This document shows positions 29,950 to 48,822 of a stretch of 64,000 nucleotides of DNA, in pieces (position 1 is the first letter of the stretch; every line of letters begins with the position of its first letter). The stretch lies in the NCBI RefSeq assembly GCF_009914755.1, contig NC_060939.1; one strand, given 5' to 3'. Origin of the DNA: the human T2T-CHM13v2.0 reference genome, Homo sapiens. The translations under genes and the position numbers were made by a program. The notes under the pieces are model-generated. The model had not been told where the DNA came from, did not search any database, and saw only the letters and a program-made list of their open reading frames with translations.

Positions 29950-31150
29950 TTAACTTTTCCTTTGTTTTAGTCTGTTAACAAAATTATCGCTTTTCTTTTA
30001 CTGACTTTAGATTTAATATATTCTTCTTTTTCTAGTTTCCAAAGGTGGAAACACAGATGACAGATTTTTGGTCTTTTCATTGTTTCCTATGTATGTGTTC
30101 AATGGTATTTATTTGCCTTTATGTTCTGCTTTCCTTTCATCCTACAAATTTTGATAAATTGTGTTTTTATTTTCATTTAGTTAATTTAAAAAAATTTCTC
30201 TGGAGATATCTTCTTTGACCCATATATTATACCGAAGTGTGTTGTTTAATCTCAATGCATTTTGGGATATTACAGTTATCATTCCATTCATCCTTTGATT
30301 TCTATTTTAATTCCACTGTGGTCTTAGAGCTGACATTGTATGATTTACTTTTTAAAAGTTGTTAGGGTATTTTTTGTCCCAGAATGTGGCACATTTTGCT
30401 GAATATTCCATGTGAGCTTAAGAAGAATGTGTCATCTGCAGTAGTTGAGGGAAGGAGACTGTAGGTGTCGGTTATGCCTAGTTGCTTGTTGGTGCTATTG
30501 AGTTCAGTTTTTCCCTCCTGAATTACTGCCTGCTAGATCTGTCTGTATCTGTTATAGCGTGTTAATGTTTCCAACTATAATACTGAATTCATCTTTTTCC
30601 TTGTGGTTCTCTTGATTTCTGCCTCATAGTTTATGCTCTGTTATCAGGCTCATAGGCTTTAAGAATTAGGACATCTTCTTGGAAGAATGGCTCTTCATCT
30701 CTATGTAATGCCCTTCTTTATTCCTGATAACTTTTCTTGCTTTGAAGTCTGCTCTGCCTGTAATTCATATAGGTCCTCTTGTTTACTTTGATTAGAGTTA
30801 GCATCGTACATTTTGTTCCATTCATGTACTTTTATTTGTCTTTATATTTGGGTTGGGCTTATAAATAACAGTTGTATCTTGTTTTTTGATTCAGTTTGTA
30901 AATCTGTGTCTTTTACTTGGTGCAGTTAGACCATTGACATTCAAAGTGGTAAGCGATACAGTTGGATTAATATTTATCATATTTGTCAATGTTTTCGATT
31001 TGTTGTCCTTGTTCCTTCTTCCTATTTTCATCTTCCATTCATTTTCTGCCTTTTGTGGTTCTCATTGAGCATTTTATATTTTTCCATCTCTCGCATTTCT
31101 AAAAATATCAGTTATATATAATTTTAACTTTTTCTTGGTTTAACATTTTT
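29950..31150 (-). mobile_element. Old L1 fragment
   Basis: ttccactgtggtcttagag, gttagaccattgacattcaaagtg antisense ORF2-like. Confidence 0.8.
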
Positions 31151-31449
31151 ATATTCTTAGTTTATTATAAGAGAAAACAATTTCTTGAAAATAATAGAAA
31201 AATTATTAAATAATATATGCCTATGCATATATCTTATGTATAAGTATATATGTGTACAGATATATGCACATGTGCATGTGTGTTTGTATGTGTGCGTGTA
31301 TATGTATATATATATACACATATATATATATGAAGTGGATATCAGCAATAATGCAAAGGACAGGAGAAAGGAATTAGGATTATTTGTTATTATAAGATAC
31401 AGTAACTGTGAAGCAATATAACTTTATTAGAAAAGTAGCTCAGTTTAGT

Positions 31450-33395
<1,946 letters not shown>

Positions 33396-34141
33396 TAAAT
33401 ATAATATTTCCAACTGTAGAACAGTCTATTGCACAAAAAACCTCTTATCTTCCTGGCTGTTGGCCATTGGCTAAATAAAGTGCCTTGCCAAGGGGGCTTC
33501 TCACACTTCATAAAATCCATCAAGAGAGACATTTCTAGCAAGACCAAAATCATAATCATATGTAAGAATCCAAGTGACACTTCTATACCTTTGCACTATT
33601 CTATTGTTTCAAAGCAAGTCACAATTCCTACTTAGACTCACTTGGATGGGATTACAGTAGAAGGTTGTGTATATGAGAAGGTGCGGATAAATGGGCACCA
33701 ACTTAGAGTCTACCTGACACATCAGGTATTCTCGTTTATGAAACAGTTTCCTGGCCTTCACTTCTTTTTCTTGACCTTGACCCTTTTGAAAAGTACCAGT
33801 CAGGTATTTAATAGGATGTCCCACGATATGGTTTTAGCTGATGTTTTCTCATGATTAAACTAGGAATATCAATGAATTAAACACCTTCACTTAAATCTGA
33901 AGACGAAAAAGACCTAAAGAATATAGTATTAAGAAATACTCAAAGAGGAAAAACTATTTTTAAAGTATGGAATGACAATTCACAATATAATTAAGTTCAG
34001 TGCTTAAGGAAAACTGAGAAATTAAGGAGATGCACAAAGGAGGTATCAACAATATTGCTAATGATTTTTTTTTAAGCTTGGGAGTGACATTAACAACAAC
34101 AACAACAACAAAAAAACAAGTTTTAAAGAATGGTTTTCCAA

Positions 34142-34450
34142 GGCTGGGCATAGTGGCTCACATCTATAATCCCAGCACTTTAGGAGACTAAGGCGGGCAG
34201 ATCACCTGAGGTCAGGAGTCCTAGAGCAACATGGCAAAACTCTGTCTTTAGTAAAAATACAAAAAATTAGCCTGGCATGGTGGTGGATGATTGTAATCCC
34301 AGCTACTCGGGAGGCTCAGACAGGAGAATCACTTGACTCCAGGAGGCGGAGGTTGCAGTAAGCCGAGATCACGCCACTGTACTCCAGCCTGGGCAACAGA
34401 GGGAGAGTGTCTCAAAAAAAAAACCAAAAAACAAAAACAAAAACAAAAAA
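34142..34450 (+). mobile_element. AluS
   Basis: ggctgggcatagtggctc...gatcacctgaggtcagg. Confidence 0.93.
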
Positions 34451-35049
34451 CAGTTCTGTGGTTTTACATTTACAGAACAGTTGCAAATCTAGTAGAGAGT
34501 TTCCATATACTCCATGCACAGTGTCCTTTATTATTAATCTCATAGTGTGAAACCTTTGTCAAAATTAACCAACCAATATCATGTATTGTCATTGAGTACT
34601 ATACATACTTTATTCTGATTTTTTAGTTTTTGCTTAATGTTAAGTTTATGTTTTAGGATCTCTTCCAGGATACGTCATCACATTTAGATATTATGGCTTT
34701 ACAGGCTCCATTGAATGTGATAGTTTCTCAGAATTTCCTTGTTTTTGATGCCATTGACGTTTCTAATTTAGGATTACTCTGATGTTTCTCTCATGATGAG
34801 ACTGGACTTCTGGGGAGGAAGAATACAGACGAAAAGTACCATTCCTATCACATAATATCCAGGGCACAAGCTGTCAACAGGCTTTATCACTGTTGATGTT
34901 AATTTGATCACCTGGATAAAAATCTTTTAGTTCTAAAAATCTCTTCTGTAAAATTTTTCTTTTTCTTCCTTTTCATGTTGTGTGTATAAAAAAAGTCACT
35001 ATATACAACACACACTCAGTACTTGGAGAATCATACACCACTGCTTTTT

Positions 35050-35417
35050 CTTTGAAATAAATTTATTAAAATTTCAATAGCTTTGGGATTACATGTAGTT
35101 TTTGGTTACATGCATGAATTGTATGGTGGTGAAGTCTGGGGCTTTTAGTGTACCTGTCACCTGAATAGTGTACATTTTACCTCATAGGTAATTTTTTATC
35201 CCTCACTAGCCTCCAACCCTCCTCCTTTCGGAATCTTTAATGTCCATGATCCCCCTCTGCATGCTCCTGCATATCCATTGCTTACCCCAAACTTATAAGT
35301 GAGAACATGTGGTATTTGGTTTTCTGCTCCTGAGTTACTTCACTAATGATAATGGCCAAATTGCTTTGAAAAACACTATTTTGTTCTTTTCTATGGCTGA
35401 GTAGTATTCTGTAATAT

Positions 35418-35452
<35 letters not shown>

Positions 35453-35566
35453 ACATTTTCTTTATCCACTAATTGGTTGATGGGCACTTAGATTGATTTC
35501 ATATTTTTGCAATTGTGGATTGTGCTGTGATGAACCTAGAAGTGTAAGTGTCTTTTTGATAGAATG

Positions 35567-35570
<4 letters not shown>
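35050..35570 (-). mobile_element. L1MA/PB 3' end with internal (CA)n and flanking (TG)n(AG)n STR
   Basis: cttataagtgagaacatgtggtatttgg; STRs at 35421-35451 and 35569-35630. Confidence 0.85.
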
Positions 35571-35627
<57 letters not shown>

Positions 35628-37472
35628 GAGACAGGGTCTCACTTTGTCCTACAGGCTGGAGTGCAGTGTATTTAATTTATTTAAGCTCAATGTATTTAAT
35701 TTATAATTGTATTAATTTCTTTGATATGTTTTCTAGTCCTCAGTATATGTATCTTATACTTATTTTATTAAATTAATTCATAGGTATTTAATTTTTATGC
35801 CATTTTACATGAAATGGTTTTTGAAATTTTGTTTTTAGATTGTTAATTGCTAATAAATAAAAATACAGTTGATTTTGCATATTGACCTGTACTAAGCTGT
35901 ACTACAAGCTTGCTTAACCCTTTTTTCATATTTTGTTATGTTTTATTAGAGATTTTATGATGTCTGTAGGCAGGATCATGTCATTTGGAGACATAATTTG
36001 ACTTTCCTTCAAATCTGACTTTTTTATATTTATTTTCTATACCAATTACCTTGTTCATATCCTCCAATACAGTGTTGAATAAAACTGTGAAAGTGATAGC
36101 CTTCTCTTGTTTCTAATTTTACAAGAAAGTTCTTGAGCTTCTCAGAAGATTTAGGATGTCATGTGAGGTTTTCTGTGCTTTCATGGTGAGGAAACTTTTC
36201 TTATTTGCCTAACTTGTTGCATGGTTTTATAAGGAATGAAATTTCACTTTAGCAGGTGCTTATTGCTCATCTTTTAAGATGACCATGTGTATTGTGTCCC
36301 TTATCTCTTAATATAGTTTATGGCACTAATTCTTTTCGTATGTTGAACCAAATTTGCATTCGTAAGATGTATACCTTCGTCAAAATTTATAAATTTTTAC
36401 ATGTCAGTTATTTGCTTTGATAGTATTTCCTTTAATTTTTGTGTTTATGTTCATAAGTCATATGATCAATATGATCATAGTTTTTCTTCAGTAACTTTGT
36501 CTAGCTGTGGTATAAGGCTGATAATTCACATTGGAAAGTGATCTATTCTTCATGTTGCTCTTACTGTTTTTTATGTGAAAGGTCTAAATTTATTTAGCAC
36601 AAATAGAATGGAACACATGAAAAGGAGAAAAAATGTACATTTTTTCAAGGTAATTTTCAGACTTTGCAAACAATTATATTGTGTAAGTGAATAAAACCAA
36701 ATCAGAGTAGTAAAAAGATGTAATTGGGCTACATAGATGGAGATTTAGAAAACACTAGAAAGGGAGAGAGAAAGGTGGGTGATAAATTACTCTTTTTAAT
36801 ATGATTTCATTGTTTTGCATATTTCTTTCTTTACACTACCTACAAGTATAGACAAACATGAAAATATGGGTTGACAAACAGGTACTTATTATTTAGAAGA
36901 AATACAAGATTTAAATTCTGGTATTTCATTAAGGTCAATTTAGTTTGTATGCTCAGGAGACCTAACATGTAGACATTTGATGTGACACATTTTGTGAGCC
37001 TTCATAAATATCTATAAAAAATGGAATATCACAGTTTTAGAAACTTAAAAGTTGAACAAAAGAAGGATTTAAATATTATTATTAAAGTTGTTACCTATTC
37101 CCAGATGAGGACTTAGAAAAACAAACAGTTGGCAAACCAGTGCAGCAGGTGACTTCCGTGAAGCCGGAGGCACACCCTGGGAACTGGGCTGTTGCTGGAG
37201 CCGACACTGCTGTGCTGCACATGTGGCTGCCACCAGTTTCCTCCCTCTCTGGGAAGTGGAATTTGAATTGCAGGTGCTGATGGCTGATGGACGGAGGGAC
37301 AAGACCACATTATCTCAAAATGCTTGGCTCTGTTGCTTGCTCCTCATTTCACTGCTAGGTGCCACAGGCTTGGGGTTTACTGTTTATTTTTTGAAAAATA
37401 TATGATAAATTGGTATTAATTATTTGAAGATGTAAAATCATTCACTGGTGAAGTCTTCTTGACCAAGTCAGG

Positions 37473-37805
37473 ATTTTTTTTTTTTTCACAGACATGGTCT
37501 CACTCTGCATCCAGGCTGGAGCACAGTGGCATGAATGTAGCTCACTGCAGACTTGAACTCCTGGGGGGGTCAAGCAATCCTTTTGCCTCAGCCACTTGAG
37601 TAGCTGGGGCCACAGGCACATGCCACCATATCTGGCTAATCTTTTTTCTTCTTTTCTTTTCTTCCTTCCTTTTTCTTTTTTGTGTGTGGTAGAAACAGGT
37701 TCTAAGTATGTTGCCCAAGCTGGTCCTGAACTCCTAGCCTCAAGTAATCCTCCTGCCTCAACCTACCAAAGCATTGGGATTACAAGTTTGACCCACCATG
37801 ATCAG
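37473..37805 (-). mobile_element. AluJ (paralog of 1519-1835)
   Basis: Same insertion in the duplicated copy. Confidence 0.9.
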
Positions 37806-37809
37806 TCCA

Positions 37810-38008
37810 GGGTAGGAAATGGAATCTTAACAACTGTCACGTGAGCTTTGAGGGAATCCTTCTCCAGATGAGCCTTCAGTTGAGACCTCAGCCTTGGACA
37901 TCATCTACATCTGGATTCCTGACCCAGAGCAACTGTAAGTAATGTGTGTGTGATTTTGAGCCACCACACTATGTGGCAATTTGTTGTGCAGCAACTGATA
38001 ACTAATAC
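37810..38008 (+). mobile_element. MLT1 LTR fragment, monomer A'
   Basis: act|gtaagt at 37935; ends ctaataca. Confidence 0.8.
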
Positions 38009-38449
38009 AAAAGATAGCACATTTAATTTCTAATACTACCCTGGATTAGATTCTGGAACAGAAAAATGGCATTACTAGAAAACCTGGTAAACTCAGAAGA
38101 AAGTCTGTAGTTCAGTTAATAGTTTTAAACCAGTGTAAGTTTATTAGTTTTCATAAATACATTATGGGTATATAAATAAGATGTAACATTCTAGTAAACT
38201 TCTGGGTATGTAAAACTAGCTGTACTATGTTTGCATCTTTATGTATATCTAAAACTATTTTAAAATGAAATCTTTGATTTTTTATTTTTAATTAAAAAGA
38301 CAGGCATGCGTATATTATACCAGCTTCCGGGGAGGCTGACTTGGGAGGATTGCTTGAGCCCAGGAGTTCCAAACTGAAGTGAGCCATGATTGTGTCACTG
38401 CACTCCAGCTTGGGAAACAGAGGGAGATCAAGACTCAAAAAAAAATTGG

Positions 38450-40950
<2,501 letters not shown>

Positions 40951-40959
40951 AATAGTTAG

Positions 40960-43900
40960 CAGTCCATGGAAGGCAGTTCTTTGCAAACCTACCACCAAAA
41001 TATGAGGAAGCTGAATAGCTGAAGATAGAGGCTGATATAACCAGTCTCTTAGAAAGAAACATTTAGTAGGGATTTATGAGCAGATATTTGAGTCTCACAT
41101 AGGGCTTATATACCATGGGGAAGGGGCACAGTTAGAGGTTATCAGATTGGAATCTGTTTACCTGGAGTTGGAATTATTCGTGGGTTCCCAGACTAATGTG
41201 AGAATGTGTTGGAGCATTATAGTGTGGGGACCCAAAAATTTCTGGGAAAGTTTATCCTGCATCTCCGTACAGATCTTGAAAAGCAACAAAAACTACAGCA
41301 ACCAAACAGAACGGGGAGTAGAATACCAATTATACAGTATATGAGAGTCTTCCATGGACCTGGAAGTCGACTAAACCATGATATTGTGGGATCCTGGGAG
41401 AGGACATTTATAGCACAAATATGAGTATTCAGTGCGTGCATAGCCTGGATTATATCGTGAGAATAATCTGGTGTATATATGCACCATTCAGTCTTAATGC
41501 ACAAGTGTCCCACTAGGCTGCAGTTAGGATATCTAAGGCCATAGGGTTCTGTAGGGTCACTTGCCTAATCTGCATGATTTTTCAGTGGGAAGGGTAATGT
41601 TGGGTTAGGTGTTATTACTGGCAGCAGCTCTATACTTAGGGTCTCTACTTATAATTCTACATCTGTGTTTGCTATCTGGGAGGAAAAGGCAGCTGGTGAG
41701 TAGAACCAACAGGGTGCCCATTTTTGATGGTGTTGTCTGTCCTTCACATTTTCCCAGTTGTCAGGGAGACAGTCCAGATGGGACAGGATGTGTCCTGGTA
41801 GGTAAGGGCACCCCCAGGTGTTTCTGCCAGTCCAGCTGTAAGGTAAGTAAGACCAGCTATGACTGCCTCAGGCCTATAGCTATCTCCAGGAGAATGGATA
41901 GGCCCCACCATGTAGCTTGATACTATTTTGCCATCCTAGCCACATATTATTATTCAGTTGATGGGTTTGGCCACATTGCTAAGAGGTAACCATCCCTTAG
42001 CCTGGCTGCTAGTGTGGGGTGTGTTGCTCTTGTGTTTTTGGTTGCGTAGAGGTGCCTGACCCATTGCCTGAATTTGCACCATCATCAGCCATCCTATGTT
42101 GTCATGTACAGCATAGTCTATAGAGGGGGTGATGTTAACCTGCTTATGAGCCAGATGGAAGATATGTTTCCAGGTTTCCCCAAAAGTGGAGCACTCATGG
42201 TGAGTGGTACTGTAATCATAGATGGGAAATGGGTGAGAATTTTTACTTTTGTCCTACGTATAAACATAACTCCAAGTGCTCGAGGTGGTTGCTTGGATGT
42301 GCAATGGCAAGTCAGCAGTGGAGAAAGGGGTACCTCCCCCAGAGACCCAGCAGTCTATTTTGTTTTGGAGGAAAGCCACTGTCTACACCCATTCAGGTAG
42401 TTTCAGCAAAGATCAAGTATGTACTTATTACTCTAGAATTAACTGAGAACTTCACGTTAACAAAAGTATATTGGTTATCTCTCCTGCTTTTTCTCTTATT
42501 AATAGCTTCACATCTTACTTTAGCTCACATAACCAGGCAGGCATCTGAGTGAAGCCCACCTTTCAGTCTTTGAAGGGACTCAGCCCTTTGTACTGTATTT
42601 CCTTTTTAGGAGGACTACATGCTGTCTTGGGATTGTTTGTAGTGCACAAGATGCATCCTTCTGTAATTTTCCGAGTGATATTTTGGAAGTGTGGGCTACT
42701 GAGATGTGGTTGCACTAGGTTGGCGAGGACATCACTCCCATAGTGCGTTCCTTTATGTAGATGTTTTGAGATTGGATAAACCAAGGCCTTGTGGTTTCAT
42801 CATCCTGTAGGTGTCAGTTTTCCAGGGGAATTGGAATCTCTTTTCTCAAACCCCTGGCTCGGGCACATTTGGGATCTTGTTCAGTGTAATGAGGTTTAAA
42901 ATCTAGTAATTCCAAATGGAGTATTCATGTCCCAGGACCTGTGCCTCCCAAGCAGCTCATTATGCAGCTTTGCCAGCTGCCTGCTTACTTTTGGTTGTGA
43001 ATTGTCTCTCTGGTGTTGGGGAAGTGAATGATGGAAGCCTGGGCAGGCAAGGCAATTGCCTTTACTAAGGCCAGAATTTCTCCTGAGTGTTTAATATCTG
43101 TATTTTCTGATTATAAGTAACCTCCTCTATGTTTCCAGATCACCCAATTGGCGTGCATTTCCAGGAATGCATTTATGGAATAAGAATAAATGTTTACTCC
43201 CTTTTCCTGGGACAGTTCTAAAGACTCAGGTAAGAGCAATTAACTCAGCACTTTGTGCGGAGGTAGCTGCAGGAAGGGTATGGACTACTATTACCCTTTT
43301 GGCAGTCACGGTGGCATATCCGGCTCTGTGCACATCTTTCATTAAGCTGCTCCCATCAGTGTAGTTCAAGTCCAGAGCACTCATTGTCTAGTTTGACAGG
43401 TTCAGCATGCTTGAATAAGCTGCATCAAGGATTTACAGTCATGCTTTAACCCAGGATTGTGTTCAGTGGCTGAGAGCAGTGTGGCAGGGTTTAGAGCCAT
43501 GGTGGTTTGTAGGGTGATATTTGGATCATGTAAGAGGATGGCCTGGTATCTGCCCACTCACCCCACAGTGAGCCAGTAGCCTCCCTTTCATTCTAGCAGA
43601 GTCAGCACCTGATGGGGCACAAACACAGTAACTGGCTGTCCCAGAGTAAATTGTTCTACTTCCTGTAGGACTTCACAGTGGGTGCTTTTGCCCAGAGGAA
43701 GTGGGGGGCATCCCTTAACCTGTGGCCTAATTGTTTAGAGAAATGGGCCATGGAATGTGGGACAACTCCCAGCATTTGGATTAGCACAACCCACACCTAT
43801 GGTTTGTTTCTTCTGGATATAGAATTTGAACAGCTTTTGGGAATTTGGTATCCCAGTGCAGAGGGTGATATCAGCTTTTCTTTGATGGTATAAAATGTTT

Positions 43901-46900
43901 GTTGACCTTTAGATGGCCAGAGAAGGGCCTCTGAGTCTAGTCCCTTTAGGGATTCATAAAGGGTTTTGGTCATTAGTCCAAATTTAGGAATCCAAATCTG
44001 GGAGAAGCTAACCCTTTCTAAGAATCCCCGCAGTTGCCCCCATTCTCTGGGACTTTATGGCTGCCATTGCCTGTTTTTGACCAGACCAGGCTCGTTTGGC
44101 CTTGCTTTAACCTAAAGCCAAGACAGGTTACTTTCTACTTTTGTATTTGGGGCTTCTTGGGAATACTTTGTATCCATATTGTACCAGGTGATTTAAAACT
44201 AAGATGACCTCAGCTAAGCATTTCCTATAGTTGTGGCTGGTATTAATTATCTACGTGTGGTTAGCCAGGCTTCTTAATCTTGTTGTAGGTCTCCTAAGTC
44301 TTTTGCCAGTATTTCCCCAAAAATCGATGGTGCATTTTTCAACACATTGAGGCCCCACTGTCCAACAGTATTGAAAGACTGTTTTAGTCTCTGGGTCCTG
44401 TCATTAAAAATAATAATAATAATTGCTGGGTCTTTTCTTTAATTGGAATGCAGAACAAAACATCTTTTAGATCTAGCACTGAAAAGCATTCATACTATCT
44501 ATATATAGCAGTCAGTAGAGTATATGGGTTAGGCACCATTGGGTGAATATCCAAGACTATTTTATTAACAGCTCTCAGGTCTTGGGCAAATTGATATTTG
44601 TAGATGTGTAGCTTCCTTACAGGCACGATAGGGCTATTATATGGGGATCTGCAAGGATGAATCAGTCTACTTCTCAAATTTTTGAAAGACAGGCTGTATT
44701 CCTTCTAAGGCTTCCTTTCTTAATGTATACTGATTTTTTTTATTCGCCTCCCCCCCGCCGCCCAGGTCACAGTAGCCCCTTCTATTTTTTCCATGTGCAC
44801 TCACTGTGTATTTCTTGTTTTTCCTGGGATTCCGTCTGCCTATTCACAATTACACACTCTCTCATAGACTTCTAAGGGAGAATTCTTGTTTCTTCTTAAG
44901 GCAAGTGAATAACATGTTACTTGCAGTGCTTGCTCTAGCAGGACCTGCAGCTGTAGTTGTTTCTCTGGGGATAAATTACTTGAGTATTTAATTTGCATAA
45001 TGGGTCTTTTCCCAGCAAGGGAATTGGGCATTCTTGCATATAGAAATAGCAATGCCTTAGGTCCAAACTTTCTAGTTTGCATTCTAAAGGTTGTAGGAAA
45101 GCCTTTTGTTGCATTATTCTTGCAACTCCTATCACAGGTATGATCATTTTGGTGCTTTTTGCTCGTAAAGTGTTAAAACTGAATAGTTTGCCCAGTATCA
45201 ACCAGGAAATCAATTAACTTTTTCCTCACTGTCAGTTGTACCCAGGGTTCCTGTGGGGAAATTTTAATTGTCTCTAAGTGATTAAGGAGAGTCCCCAGGC
45301 ATCACTGTCTGTGGTCAGAGCAGTGACCCTGCTCCATGATTTGACTGTGGGCTTTTTCCTAGTCATATTCCTCCTTTTTCTGGCCCCTTGGTCCTTTCTT
45401 TTGGGACAGTCATCCTTTCAGTGGCCTTTCTCCTTACACTAGGCACGCTGGCTGTGTTCCAGAGGCTTGCCTCGATTTTTCTGATGCAGAGCCTTCCTTG
45501 TTCATTCCACATTTATGGTTGAAACTTCTGTTTCTTTGTCTCTGGAGCAGGGAAGGGGTCATTCCTAGTGAGGCTTCCTGTTTTGGCACCCCTTTCCTGA
45601 GTCCAAACATGAAGAATGTTTGTGAATATTCCAGATGGGCCATGTCCCCTTATCAATTGGAGCCCCAATTAGGGTTTGCATCCAGAATGGTTCCTTCAGG
45701 TTTGGGGTATTTGGATTTGTTTCATGGAGACACCAAGACTCTGGATCTTCTTTGGTCTGCAGCCAGAAGCATATTTAGGAGAGGCTACACATCTGCTCAG
45801 GTACACTGGTGGGTGGCACAGATAGACACATAGAGAGCAGTCATTTTCTGGGGATCCATTCTATAAAGTGGGGTGGAGTTTTTCCGTTTCACAAGTTAGT
45901 TGTTGAAAATGGGCTGGATGTCCAGTAATGTCTGACAGGTTGCCCACTCGCATCCAAGCCACCCATGGCCATCCTTATAAATGGGAATTCCCTTGCTCTG
46001 GCCATGGCACTTCCTTGCTAAATCGTGTACCCTGTCAAGCACTGGAAGGAGAGGCCGTCTCTGTTCTCTCATTATACTGAGGTGGCAGAGTAGCTCCCTC
46101 TTATTGGTCTGATGCCTCACTTGGTAGCATGAAGGCAATTTGGGCCAACGCAGAGGCCAGTGCTAAGGGCCCGGTATGGCAGTACTGCAGTGGGAGCTGT
46201 TGGGGTGGAGCAGAGGCCAGGTGCGTTCTGGCTGTGGCGGCTGGAGCTGCTAAAACAGCTTGGGTGTAGGACATTTAAAAGTCCTAATTCTTCTTCATTG
46301 CTTTCTGCCTGAATTTGGCTCTCTGGCTTGTGAAGAGCCTTTTTTCCATTCTGTCCTTTGGTACATCTTCCCTCATGGTATGAATCCTGATTTTCAAAAA
46401 GGATGAAGGTTTGGACATATTGTATTTTTTCTAATTTTCCCGACCTCTGACAAAATGAGTCTAACTGCATTAAAGGCTAGTATTGGTTGCGTCCTTTCAG
46501 AGGTCAAAATTTATAACATAACTTGTCCACAGTCCAAACAGCACTGCAATAATAGACCATTTTTCTCTTAGTCATGGGCTTATAGCTATAGGATCTACAC
46601 TTAGCTAGGGTATGCCCCAGGGGCCTTTCAGAGGTGATAGAGACCTTGTTTCCCCTCCTGACTTGGTTTATATGTCCATACTGCTCATCCCTGTGAAACA
46701 GTGATGACAACTTTTATTTGTTGTCTCTCTTCTGTTCTGCACTGCTCATATCCTTCAACCAGACCTCTATGGGTTGGAAAGACTTTTCAAGCTTCATATA
46801 AGCAGTGCAATTTATACCACTCATGGTCCTAAAGGAACACTTGTGCCAATGTCACCACAGAGTTGGGACAGCCAAAGAGACCAGAGAATAAACTACTTGG

Positions 46901-47970
46901 GCAGGCTAGTGATTAGCACCAGCTAGCACAGCACTCCCCTACCACCGCCCCCCCTCCACCCCCCGCCCCGGGCCCACCAGCACATCAACTTCATCCCAAG
47001 TCCATGTTCTGCTGTCCTTAGTACCCTAGTAGAGGGTAACCGAATGGCAACAAATTAAATGGTAAATTAGCAGACAAAAAGGGCACAGGGGTTGGAGTCA
47101 GGACTGCCTAAATACTTATCCCATATGCTGTTAAGCTTTTTTTTCACATAAACAACATTAAGCACCATAAGCATGGTGGCAAGCCCTTTAGATAACCTAT
47201 GGAATAGCTCACATCCTTCCTTTCCCCATAAAAACTGGCACAGCTGTGAGAAGTACTCCAGGGCCCTAAAAAGAGTGACCCTGCTAGGGCAGTGGAGGCT
47301 GTTTCCCTCCAGGGCTGGATCCTGGATGGAGTGGGGCTTATGCAGATCACCTTGCAGAGGAAAGAAGGAGGAGGAGAGAGAGAAAGAGATGAGGGCCTAA
47401 ATGTAGATATTGTACCTTTTACAGTTGCAGATTCAGACTGCACAGTCCCAGACAGATCCCCACTAAAGGGCTGGGTAAACGTCCTGAAACCTCCTCTCAA
47501 TTTCAGATGCCCTCCCGCCAATCAGCTGACTCCAAGTGGAGCAAAGCCCAGGTGTTGACATAGATGCAGATAACATACACACCCAGATGATGTCACAATC
47601 AGCTATATGTAAACAGAGCAGAGGTCAGGTGACATCACAGAACAGGCAGAGGCAGTTCAGGGGGTATTCTGGTTGCCTTACCCAGCTCTGAAGTCTGTCA
47701 GCCTCTTCAGATGTCACTTGCCCTGTGGTAAGGAAGTGTAGTTGGCAGCTGGTGCAGTGGCAAGAAGAGAAAGGAAGTTCCCCAAGACAGAAACATCTCA
47801 GCAGGTAAAGAGAAATTCCCTAGAGCCCCAATCAAGGGACCAGCTAGTTGGAAGCAGGTGGCATTCCTGGGTAGTTTCTTTCCCTTCCAGTGGCCAGAAT
47901 GGTTAAGCCTTGGTGTGCTTGTGTGTCTGATTGCCCCATTCATCGGAATCCAGACCGATGGTTTCAGGAA
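40960..47970 (-). mobile_element. Defective class I (gamma-like) ERV provirus: leader-gag-pro-pol-env plus partial 3' LTR; no 5' LTR seen
   Basis: Gag MA (46117-46470), decayed zinc knuckle CKEKGH*KDDCP (~45400-45450), protease LIDFLVDTG (~45200), RT PCRSPYNSP...QDLRAVN...VPNPYTLL (44495-44677), RNase H TDGSS...SAQSAELIAL (~43230-43360), integrase HHCC (42563-42784), env ISD MALDILTAA (~41520-41550); many stops and frameshifts. Confidence 0.95.
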
Positions 47971-47974
47971 CTCT

Positions 47975-48822
47975 GAGTGTGTTGTTCCCCTCTATGTGTC
48001 CATGTGTTCTCATCATTTAGCTCCCACTTATAAGTGAGAACATGGAGGTATTTGGTTTTCTGTTCCTGTGTTAGCTTGCTAAGAATAATGGACTGTAGCT
48101 CCGTTCATGCCCCTGCAAAGGGGGACATCATCTGGTTCTTCTTTATAGCTGCATTATATTCCATGGTGTATATGTGCCACATTTTCTTTATACAGTCTAT
48201 CATTGATGGACAATTGAGATTGATTCCATGTTTTTGCTATTGTGAATAGTGCTGCAGTGAACATATGTGTTCATGTGTCTTTATAACAAAATGACTTATA
48301 TTCCTTTGGATATATACTTAGAAATGGGATTGTTGGGTCAAATGGAAGTTCTGTCTTTAGGTCTTTTAGGAATCACCACACTGTCTTCCACAATGGTTAG
48401 CCTAATTTACACTGCCACCAACAGTGTATGTGTTCCTTTTTCTCCACAATCTTGCCAGCTTCTGGTATTTGTTTGATTATTTGTTATTTGTTATTTTTTG
48501 ACTTTTTAATATACCCATTCTGACTGGTGTTAGATGGTATTTCATTTTGGTTTTGATTTGCACTACTCTAATAATGAGCGATGTTGAGAAGATTCAAATA
48601 AATGCAATCAGAAACAACAAGGGTGATATTACCACCGACCCCACAGAAATATAAACAACCATCAGAGAATATTATGAACACCTCCATGGACATAAACTAG
48701 AAAATCTAGAAAGAATGAAAAATTCCTGCACAAATACACCCTCCCAAGACTGAACCAGGGAGGAACTGAATCCCTGAACAGACCAAGAATGGCTCTGAAA
48801 TTGAGGCAGTAATAAATAGTCT
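47975..48822 (-). mobile_element. L1PA/PB with inverted 5' piece (48589-48822 on + strand)
   Basis: Antisense 3' L1 switches at gatgttgag/gagaagattcaaataaa to sense ORF2 sequence. Confidence 0.85.

Noticed and set aside
41217-42400. Possible intact or domesticated env (syncytin-like)
   Set aside because: Stops and frameshifts in and around the ISD; longest fragments about 100 codons
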